Below, one piece after another: positions 36,601 through 48,600 of a stretch of 64,000 nt of DNA. The DNA is from Lama guanicoe (Eukaryota), in assembly GCA_013239625.1 (NCBI GenBank), contig MU053594.1, positions 274,355 to 338,354 on the forward strand. Reading direction: 5' to 3'. The stretch's first letter is position 1. The number at the start of each line of letters is the position of its first letter. The position numbers were made by a program, and so were the translations under genes. The notes beneath the pieces are model-generated. The model ran no database searches, was not told where the DNA came from, and saw only the letters and a list, made by a program, of their open reading frames with translations.

Positions 36601-39600
36601 CAACATACTCTTGGTCCGATCACGCCCCTGCGCTGAGTTCAGGATTCTTCTCCCTCACCTCTGCCTCCCTCTCTGGAAGAGAATTATTTAGAAATGAGCC
36701 AAGGCAAAGGCCAGGGATGGAACAGAAGGTGGCGGGAGAAGAGCCTGGCTGGATGAGACCAGACATCACCTTGCTGATGAGAGCGGGGTCTCCCTGCCTT
36801 TGGGTCTTCGACGCATATCCTGACTCAGCGGAGCTTGGAAGACCAGAGCCATTTGGTAGGTTGTAGTTTGGCTGTTGTCTTCCCCATGAAACATAATTGG
36901 CTGCAAACATCTAAACCAGAGGAACACTCGCTGCTTTGCAATAATTTGGTTAATTTACATTTTTTACCAAAGTGCAGTCAACAAGCAAAACCACCACAAC
37001 AAAAACTGTCACCAACCTGCCCCTCTCCACTCCCTTCATCATGCTGTGACAGACATGGCTGTGGTCAGGTGGGGCCAGGAGAAGGGGGCCAAGTGGTCAG
37101 AGGGGCCCACAGGGGGTCTTGTGCTGGGGGTCCCACCTGGGCTTTTGGTGATTGGCCATATGGGACGTTGGGGTGACCAAGCCTGCTGTCTCTGGAGGGT
37201 GGAAGCGGGAAGGCCTGCAGAGACTTCACGTTGGATATTATATAAAGGAGATGAAAAGTGTAAAAACAAACCCTAAAGAAAAGTACCAGTAGGCACGGTG
37301 GTCAAGCAGAAAGAGCCCACACTTAGAGTCAAAGGGACGGCAGAGTCTCCAAGCCCCTCAAGGACAAGTGCTTACCCGTGCTAGCTGAGTGATGCCGGGG
37401 AGTACTTAACCCTCCATGCCTTGATATTTCCCTTTTTGAAAAAGCAGTTTATTTTTTGCCTTGCCAAGCATCTTGGGTACAATTGAGATCTGCTGCTGTA
37501 CTCTTTAAGAAAAGTTCCCATGTAAATAGCGCATGCTGAGATGATTTCACTCCACCCAGAGGCTGACGCAGAGAATGAATGGAAATCTGGGTCAGAACCA
37601 AAGATGGGCAGTGTGGCTCCTAGGGGTCCCTGGTTTCCAAGAAAGTGCAGTGTCCTCAGACCACATGTTCCCCAAAGTGCCGGGGGAGAGCGGTGACAAA
37701 GCTAAGGGGTTGGGAGGCAGGCTGGCGTCATGCAGTCACAAGGAGCCCTGCATTTAGAAGGGCCCCAGGCTTGGTTTGGTCCCATTTTGAAATTCTCAAT
37801 AATTTCTAAGCCATGGGCCCTGCCTTTTCACTTTGCACCAGGCCCTGCAAATCATGTACCCGGTCCTCTTGCGAGAACATTCCTCACTGGGTATCAACAG
37901 TAGCTGAAAGTAGAGAGGAAACAGGGAGGCATGAGGGTAGACAATTAGCTTGTGCTGTGACATAAGGCAGAAAGCTCCCTGTCTATGTTTGGATTATAAA
38001 ATTGTGAAGTTAGGCAGGCCCTCCAAAACCACCTCATCCATCCCACTGCCTTTTAGCAAGGATGTTCCGATCACTAAGAGACCGAATAGTACCTACAGGC
38101 TTGGTTTTCTTCATGAACAAAGAACCCACCTTTCTCTTTAGGTTGATTTGGGCAATGTTACCCATGGACTAGACTAATTTTCTCTACAGACCCAGTGCAA
38201 TCTAGAGAAACTCTAATTTTATCCCACAGTTTTCAGAAATGCTTTGTTTTCATGATGTCATTTGATCCTCAAAGCCCTTTACTCCCATGTTCAAGAAACA
38301 CTAGTTGAACATGAACAGAGCCACAGGAACCATTCTAAATATTGGAGTGAGAACTGTGAACAGGACAGGTCCCTGCTCTTGCCACCTCAACGACCCCCGT
38401 CAACATCTTATGGCATCAGGAGCCAGATTCTGATGGTTAAATGTTTCACAAGTCTACAGATGGAAGTTTGCCCCAGAATGGACCGTACCCAGAGTCTACA
38501 CTTGATTTGATGATGAGATTTGGGACTGAGTTTATGTTTAGATGATACTTTGGTCTTAGAATTGGGTTAAGACATTTGCGGATGTTGGGATGGGGTGACT
38601 ATACTTGACACGTGGGGCAGAGATGAATTTGGGGGAGTCAGAGGGTGGCAGGCTGTACTGGGTTGACTAATGCCCCCCCCCCAAATTCATGTCCTTCCAG
38701 AAGCTCAGAATGTGACCTTGTTTGAAAATGAGATCACTGCAGATGAGATTAGTTAAGATGAGGTCTTATTGGGATAGGGTGGGTCCTTGACCCAATGTGA
38801 CTGATAGCATCATCATCAGAAGAAAAGAGGCATGCAAAGGATAAAGCCACATGAAGATGAAGGCAGATGCTGGAGTGACACATCTACAAGCCACGGAAAG
38901 CCAACATTGCCAGCAACCACCAAAAGCTAAGAGAAAGGCATGGAAGAGATTCTTCCCGATGGCACCCAGAAGGAACCAGCACGGCCAACACCTTGATTTC
39001 AGATTTCTGACCTCCAGAACTGTGAGAGAATAAATTTCTATCATTTTAAATGGTCCTTTGTGATGGCAGCCCTAGGAGACTAACACAGGTGACTTGCCCG
39101 GTAACACACAGTGGATGGATGATGCCACAGAAACGGACTGGAAGATACTGCTTGTCTTCAGTTGTATGTCATCACATCATCATAGAGAATTAAGCATAGA
39201 GTTTCCAGAGTCAGGTTCGAGTCCAGACTCCACCAGTCACCCTGTAACCTTGATTAAGTTCCTTAACTTCTCTGCACCCCAATTCCTCCATTTGTAAAAG
39301 TGTGGATATGCAGAGTCCCCACCTCGTAGAGTTGTGAGGATTACATCTACAACCTCCTAAAACGGGGCCTGATGCAGAGTCAGCTCTCAGTTTTATGTTG
39401 CTGTTATGATGCCTCCCTGGACAGATTTCGAGACCCATGATAGGGACTGAGAGCCTTGTTTTATTTATGCTTGTGTTCTCAGTGCTAATCATTGAACTTG
39501 GCAGATGATAAGAGGTGAAAAGATGTTCATTGATTTGTATTAGACTCTTAATAATGCTACTTCTAGTCCCAATGGGCTAGGAGAGAGGAGTGAGTCCAAA

Positions 39601-42600
39601 CAGGTCCTCTCCTAGCTGAGCTCAGTCCCCTGAGGACTACCTGTCTGCAGGTCATGTCAGAGGCAGGGCCCCCTGATGCCAGGGGGATGGTACATCCCCA
39701 GCTCAGTGAGACACAGCTCTCTGCTGAAATGTCCCTACCTAGAGCCCATCATTTCTAATGGACTAAAGGAGCTGGTGCCTTTAAATTCCGCAGAAAGGGA
39801 AGAAAAGGCACTTTAGTTTCAGTCCGTGTTCTCCATTAGACACCCTTCAGGTGTTAGCAATATTATGCCACAATTTCATTATCCATTAAAGCCAGGTAAT
39901 AATAAGTACACAAAGGTATTTGGAGCCTATTGATGTTAATGAAAGAGATCAATCTAATTCAGAATGTGTGTGTGGAGAGCTCCTTGGAGATGGAATAGGC
40001 CCCAAGGTTAGCCTCTAATTGCCTCCTTGATGGTAGACCCCACCAGTACTCAATTTTGCATGACCGTCTTTATGACATAGTTGGAATTTTGACGCCCAGA
40101 CTCCCGCTTCACACCGAAGCCCATTTTCCTCCTCTCCCAAACCCCTCCCAACATTCCCAATTCAGAAAGAATGGGGAAGTTGCTGCCATTTAAGTAAGAT
40201 CCTTGCACAAGAGCGAGAGTTTCTTGGATTTAGACCATAGGCCAGGCTGGATCAGCAGAAAGTTCATGATTTCAGGGTTACTTGAATGACCCTGGAAGGG
40301 TTTCTCAGGGTCTAAGTTCTCTCTCTCTCTCTCTCTCTCTCTCCCCCCCCCTCTCTCTCTCTCTCTCCCTCACTCTCCCTCTCTCTGGAGTGACCTGGTG
40401 GAGCTTAGAAGGATCTTCTATCAAGTTTATGAGCTGCATTCAATGGACATCTCAACAAAATTAATTTACCCTCATCTAGAAAGGAAAATTACACCTACCA
40501 AAGAGGATGAATGAGGCATCTTTCTTTCCCAAATGCCCCTCTGCATTTTTCTAGGAGTCCCTTGTGGGGCCCCAAAATCCTGCCCGGATGAGCATTTACT
40601 TGGTGACAGGACATCTTGTGATCAGGCTGCTCACTTTAGTTTCCACAAATCTCCACCCTTTTCCATCCAACACGAGTGCTCACATTTCATGTCTACCTCC
40701 TCCTGCTTCTACCCTCATTCTTTACAAAACAGAAAAGAAACAAAACACTGTTATACAGAAATAGAATGCTCGCCCTGCTGTTTCTGGGAACCAGCACCTC
40801 CAGTGACGTAACTGGAGGAAACCTCTCCTCCATGGCTGCTGAATCGGGTTCCTGGCTGCACACATACACCCTTGGAGGCTGGAGCGCCTGTGCTCTGGGC
40901 TCCCTATGGAATGCAGCCTGACTCCAAAGTGTCAGTGGTGTCCTGAGAAACAACACTGCCCTGGAGTTGGCAGATGTGATGACATGTCAGCTGGTGCCAA
41001 TGGGGCACTGGAAGCATCTGATTCAGTATCGATGGCAGCGGTGTACATCAGGCCCAGGGCAATGATGTGTGTAGCTCTTGGTTCCTCCTGCCTGCCCCCG
41101 CTGTCCCCCACCCCCTGCTGGACAGCCTGGACTAGGACACAGCAGGTGATTAGATTAAGAGGGGGACGGCCGCTTGCTGCCAGGACCCTGGCAGGCCCAG
41201 TGTTGGCATGGAACTGGGCTCCAAACTTCACATCATTGGCCAAGGGTTGGTGAAGGACACCAGGGTGACTTGATTGCTAAATTCAGAGTAGAATGTCAGG
41301 TATGGAGCAAGAGAACGTGAGCCAATGGCAGTGCACAGAGTAGGAACAGGGAGGTATGGAGTTGAGAGAGGTCGAGGGAGATAAAGAACTGAAGTAGAGT
41401 CACCGAATCTACTTGAAATCTTCCAGCGTTGCAGAACTCCTCCTGAGTCTAGCTCCCCGCCCTACCACATACGATCGTTGACTCTTCTCAGGATTCTTTC
41501 CCTCCTCTGTTCCAGAGTGCTGGGGAGGAAGCCAGCCTTGCTAGATAATCCACCTTAATGCCCAGGGCAAAGGGACCCAGGGAGAAGCTTCGAGAGCATG
41601 ACGTCATATGGATGTCCCCTCCAGCCCCGCTCCACCTGAACACTGAATGGAGAAGCAGGGCGGTGAAGAAGGCAAAGGAATGGGACCATGCTTCTTGAGA
41701 TCCAGGGGAATCTCTTCTGCCTTCAATCATCTTTTATGCCTCTGTTCATCATATTTGAAATGGAGCTAAGACATAGAAAACCTTTCACCACAGTTGAGAA
41801 GACAAATTAATATTTAGGCTAAAGGGTGATATGTAATTACAAATAATGGCCGCTCTATGGAGAGACTGAGAGAGAGAGAGAGAGTGTGTGTGTGTGTGTG
41901 TGTGTGTGTACACATGCGCACACAAGCTCCTGTTTCCTGCCCCATCTCTCGTCTTTGTTTGTCTCCTCCGTGCGGTGTAGGTAATGGTGTGTGCAGCATT
42001 TTCCAGAGTGCTTGGTAGGTGACTGCATTCCACCTTGCACGTGCTACTCCCTCGCATTTCCCTTTAATGCTTTCATTATTCGGGCTGCATTAATAATGTT
42101 TGCGGGCTGATATCTTTAAAATTAATGAGCTGTTTACTCTTAGCCAAGAAACTCATTGAAATTAAAAAAGCTTTCCTTTTTTTCCCCCTCCCTTTCCCTT
42201 GATTAAAAAAAGTGGACAAACAAGCCACCATGCAAGCTTTGCCGAAGACCCAGCAAACTAGGCAGGAGCCCACGCCCTACCACAAGGAAGGTGTGAGTTG
42301 CGATTAGCTGGTCCGCAGAGATATATACATTAGTCAGTCTCAAATCACAGCTGTTTCTGAGGGGCCTTGGTTTAACAACAGCTTTGCTCAAAAGCTGCAC
42401 ACAACACCTTTTAACCAACGGAGGGCTTCTGTGCCTTCAATAATAGCTGATTTCACCACCACCACCCCTCCTTAGTTTGTGATTATTCATTGTAACCATA
42501 GTACCTTAGTCTAGGCTGAATTTTCCTAGGTCTGTTCCAGGAGAATTCATCTGACCTGTCTGTAGTCTCTGCTTTTCAATCAGATTACCTGGCATGAAGG

Positions 42601-45600
42601 ACCCTCCCACCCTGCCCCCGCCAACTACCACCATCACCAGCTGACTTTGTGCAGAAACAGCAGAGCTGAATGCTAATGATGAGTCCAGGGGCTGCAGGAA
42701 CTTGTTGCAGACCATGTGTCAAGACGGTTTGCCAGGAGGGAAGGAGGACGGCGCCGCTGGAGTGCAAAGCAGCATGCTTCACTGTCCTGCACACACCCCT
42801 GCCCCCTCTCCGGGCGCCTGCTGGGTAAATCTCCCTGTGAACAATGCAGCCAAACGCATTCCCAGTGGTGCATCTGAGAAGTTCCTGTTCTCATGAGGCC
42901 CTTTTAGGGTAGTTGTTTTTTCTGATCCAGAAACTGTCAGTGGTCTGTGAAGATCCTGAGGGTGATTTGTTAGCTAATCCCTCAAGATGTGCAAGTTAAT
43001 AATATGATAATTTTATGCATTTGCATCTGGAATTAATTAATAATTTACTCAATTGCAAACAGGACATTAATGTTGAAGAGACACTCGTTTCCAAATTTTT
43101 TACTATGCTGTGTGTTTCTTTTTTTTTCCTCTATCGGTAGTAATTAGAAGTGAGGATATCAGGGTCTGGGAAATAGCTCAGTGGTAGAGCACTAGCTTAG
43201 CATGCACGAGGTCCTGGATTCAATTCCCAACACCTCCAATAACAAAAAAAAGTGAGGATGTTGTATGTACTGAAAGGCTTGAGGATTCCTGCTGTGGTGG
43301 CTGGTTCAGGTCTCTGTGTCTGAAGACCATTTTCTTTATATTCGTATGGAAAGGGCTACAGCAGTTCACCATCTGTGACTTAACCTCTGGTCTCTGAAAT
43401 GTGAGTGTTAGAGACACTGACTTGCATTTCTGATGACAACAAATGGGAATATGCAAGAGAGCAGAGATTCCTCAGCCCAACAGAGAAGGTCAAAGATGGC
43501 AGAGAAGCAGGCAACTGGGACAGAAAGGGGGCGGACCTACATTAAACCGAATCTGGGCAAAATCTCCAGCGCTGCTCCGCAGGATGTTATATGTTGAGGA
43601 CACAGAGAGAAGTTCCCACTCACTGTCGTTCAAAAATGCCTTTTTGTCATGCGTGGTGTCTTCTCTGCTCCTCAGGAAGGCCAGGTCTACATCTTCCACT
43701 GAAAACAACAGAGAAAAACAGTTGAATTGCCCACAGAGAGAAGCACCAATATCAACCCACCTTTCTAACTCCGAATTCAAAGCCTTCCTTATATTCCTGC
43801 CCCGGTGTAACAGTCTTACTAAGATGGGGTCGAATATAATTATTTTGAATTAGGGGTAGGGATGTGGGATAAATACGTTCTAGTCATTGTAAAATCACAA
43901 CTCTGAATTATGGGTTTGTATCCCATTATCTGTAGAATGATGGAGCTGGTCCTGTGACTTCTACAACTTTCTCATGGCAGTGGAGGCCTTATGTTATATT
44001 TCCAAACCAACAGAAGCAGTGGGCTATATCTCTGGGTACCACACTGAATTTACCCTGAATTTAAGAGGAGCCAAGTAACTGCAAGAAGAGATTCTGATTT
44101 ATAGAAAGTCAATTATGGTAAGAATGAAAGAGACCTGAGGGATGGCATAATATAATTTCACCTGTGTGTGCCAACCTAGCCCAAGTGTGTTTGCCCACTA
44201 GCAGACTACATCTCTTATGCCTTACCTGTGTGCAGAATGCTACTGAAGGTTAGGCTGCAATTCTGGATATCAAATGGAAAAGCATATGTCTCTAAGTTGC
44301 ACGCAGAGACCACCTGGATGGGCTTAGAGTGCTTAATGGTCCCAGATGAATTCACATATACATAGGGAAGGTCGGGTGATCTTTCAATGTCCACACTATA
44401 TGAGACACAAGAGGTCTTGTTACAGAGAGGGCTTTTGTCCTTCCAACACATAAACAGAACTGATTATGAAATGATAATGACCATAACATCCAAGGCTAGC
44501 CTAGAAGTGCAAAGACAGAATCACATTTGCCAGCAGATAATTCACCCTGGCAAAGGTGGGTTCTGCACATGACAGCCTCATAAGTCAACTCACTTGCTAC
44601 TCTTTAAACACAGACATAGTCCATGAGCAGCATCAAGCATTAGTAATCAAACCTGTATCTTAAGTGATGTTAACTCATGGTACTTCTAACCTGAATATTC
44701 CCAACAATCTGTTCCTCTTCAAGTTGAGGAAACAAGAAATAATAACAATAACATAAAGTAATCAGCAACTGGTCTGAATATTCTAAAGTCTATAAACCCC
44801 ACAGAAATACACTTACAACTCATTAATGATGATATCAGGGGCCCAGATGGCACTTAGAGGTAGGGAGATCTCGTCAATCTCATCAAACATGCTGGAGTTC
44901 CAGGATAAAAACTCATCATCCCAAACCTGTTAGGAGTAGCCAGAAAAGAAACATCACAAAAGGACAATGTCAACGTCACCAAAGAACTGAAGGATTTGAA
45001 TGAATACTTCAGTTCATCAGCCTGTTAGTACTATTAGAGAAGACTTTCCAGCCAACATCTAAAGATGGTTGTCCCAACTAGAAACCACCGCCATATATCT
45101 TACACAGGTTCTAATAAAGCAGGTCTGCTGCAGATGCAAGAATCTATAAACACAAAGGTAACACCTATTCCTTAGAATAATGACATTTTGCAACAGATCG
45201 AGCTCAGGAGTCCAGCATGCACAGAAGGAAACATGATCATTTACCTCACGGTACCAGACACTTGTCTTTAATTTTTGATTCTGTGCATCCTGCAAAGCAA
45301 AAAGAAAATTCACACCAAATCTTAGAATGTCAGTAAATCAAAGCTTAATTCAATGGTATGACAATTCAGAGGAAGAAAATTGAATCCAACTAAATAATGC
45401 TGATGTTAAAAACATTATTTTGACTCTTCAAGATCTGAGGATTCTCAGTTCTTATGACACACACCTGTCACTATGAGCTTTATTATCTAAGACAAAATGA
45501 CACCTTAACTGCACTTGACATCTTAAATGATTTGCTAGTCTCTTTCCAACTCTAATTAGTTACCCTGTCATTAATCAGGCTGAAAGATGATATGTAGTCT

Positions 45601-48600
45601 TAGCCAAGTCTGGACTAAAAAGATGAGACCAAGCTTTTATTTGAAATCAAGATGTTATTCATAATCTTTGAATGAGTGTTGTCTCACCTGCTACTGGCAG
45701 TCATTCCTGGTGTTACCTTATGTTTGGATTTCTCCACTTATAAAACAGATGGTTGAGTTTAACCCAAATGAGGTATATTTTTGGTGATATAAATAGATGT
45801 GATTTTCCATGTCTGCAATGAGTCAGTATCTTTTTTAAAAGGATCCCCCAAAACATCAAAAAGAAACCCTCTTTACTAATTTTTTTCATATTGAATCTAG
45901 TAAACGAACATTCTAAAATTGCTATGTTCTTAGGGATTAAAAGAAAAGGAATATCTCACAACAAATACAAACATCAATTCAAATGGATCATAAACCTAAA
46001 TGTAAGAGCTAAACTATAAAAGTCTTAGAAGAAAACATAGGAGCTCATGTTTTCATGACTTTGAATTAGGAAACAATTTCATAGCTATGATACCACAAGC
46101 ACAAGCAACAAAAGAAAAAATTAAAATGAAATCAAAAGAAAAAATTTTGATTTCATCAAAATTTAAAACTTCTGTGCTTTAAAAGATGCCATCAGGAAAT
46201 CAAGTGACAACCCACAGTATAGGAAAAAATATTTGCAAATTTCATATCTGATAAGGGGCTTGTTCCAGAATATATAAAGAACTCTTACAACTCAACAATA
46301 AAAAATTAAATAACCCAATTTTTAAGTGAACAGCAAAGGACACAATCAACAGAATGAGAAGGCAACTCACAGAATGGGAAACAATATTTGTGGATCATAT
46401 ATCTGATAAAGGATTAATATCCCGAATAGTAAAGAACTTTACAACTCAAAACAAACAAAAATCCCTATTTAAAAATGAACAAAGTGACATACACTTGAAT
46501 AGACATTTGTCCAAAGTAGACACACAAATGGCCAATAAGCCTGTGAAAACATGCTCAACATGACTTCTATGGACCAAATCGTGTTCTTCCAAAATTCACA
46601 TGGGACTGTATTTGCAGATAGGACTTTTAGGAGATAATTAAGGTTAAATGAGGTCACAAGGGCAAGACCCTAATCCAATCGGATTTGTGACCTTAGTGAA
46701 AAAGAAAGAGAGAATGACCTCTCTTCCTCCTCTGTGTGAGGACACAGTGAAAAGGCAGCCACCTGCAAGTCAGGAAGTGAGTTCTCACCAGGAGCCAAAT
46801 TGCCCGGAACTTTGATCTTGGACTTCTCAGCCTTCAGAACTGTGAGAAATAAATTTCTGTCATTGAAGCCACCCAGTCTATGGTATTTGTTATGGCAGTC
46901 GGAGTTGGCTGATACAATCTCTATTCTTTAGGAAAATACAAATCAAAACCACAATAAAATTCCATTAGCATGGCTATGTTTTTTTTTTCAAAAACAGGCA
47001 GAAAATAAGTGTTGGTGAGGATAATTGGAACTGGTATCCTTGTGCACTACTGGTGGAAATGTAAAATGGCACAGCTACTATGGAAAACAGTGTGGCAGTT
47101 CCAAAAAACTTAAAAAGAGAATTACTGTATGGTCCAGTAATTCCGCTTCTCAGCATTTACCCAAAATAATTGACAACAGGGACGTGGACAGATGCTTGTA
47201 CTTCCATGTTCAATAGCAGCATTATTCACAATAGCCAAGGGGTGGAAGCAACCCAAGTGTCAATCAAAAGAAGAATGGATGGACAAAATGTAGTATATAC
47301 TTGCAATGTACTATTATTCCACTTTTAAAAGGAAGAAGATTCTAATACATACTACAAAACGGATGAAGCCTGAAGACATTATGCTAAGTCTCAAATGAGC
47401 CAGTAACAAAAGGACAAATACTATACGATTTCATTATATATGGTCTAGGTACCTAGACTAGCCAAATTCATAAAGACAGAAAGCAGAACGGTGGCTTCCA
47501 GGGGCTGGGGAATGGGAAATGGGGAGTTGGTGTTTAATGGGTGCAGAGTTTCAGTTTTGGAAGATGAGTTCTAGAGATGGATGGTGGCGATGATTACACA
47601 ACAATGAGCATATATTTAATGCCATTGAATTGCACACTTAAAAAATGTTAAGGTGGCAAATACTATATTATGTGTATTTCACCACAAGCAAAAATAAATT
47701 AAAAATGAGCAAAGGACTTGAATAGGTAGTTCTCCAAAGGAGACGCACAAATATGGCCAATTAGCACTTGAAAAGATGTTCAACATCATTAGTTATCAGG
47801 AAAGTGCCAATTAAAACCACAGTGAGACACCACTTCACCCCATTGGGATGGATAAAATTAAAAAGACAGAAAGTAAGTGTTGGAAAAAATATTAAAAAAT
47901 GAGAGCCCTCCTACATTACTAATAGGTTGATAAAGTGGTGCAGTCACTTTGTAAAACAGTGTGGTAATTCCTCAAAATGCTAAACATAGAGTTACCATAT
48001 GACCTAGCAATTTTACTCCTAATGTATAACCAAGAGACTTGAAGACGTAAGTCCACACCAAAAACCTGTACGGAAAGAAAAAGCACACCTGCACAAGAAT
48101 GTTCATAGCAGCATTATTCACAGCAGTCAAAAAGTGGAAATAATCCAATGTCCATCAAGTGATGAATGGATTTTTAAAATGTGATATGTATCCATTCAAT
48201 AGAATATTTTTCAGCACTAAAACCTAATGAAATGTGATACATGCTACAACATGGATGAACCTTGAAGACATTATGCTAAATGAAATTCAGTTACAAGAGA
48301 CCATTATTGTATGATATCGTATACCTGAAATGTCTAGAATAGGCAAATTCTATACAGATATAAAATCGATTATCGATGTTTGCAGATACTAGCTAATATA
48401 CATACATAAACAGATAAACAACAAGTTTATACTGTATAGCACAAGGAACCATATTCAATATCATGTAGTAACTTACAATGAAAAAGAATATGGAAACTAA
48501 TATATGTGTGTTCCTATATCACTGAAGTATTGTGCTGTACACAAGAAATTGACACAACATTGTAAACTGATTATACTTCAGTAAAAAAAATATATATATA

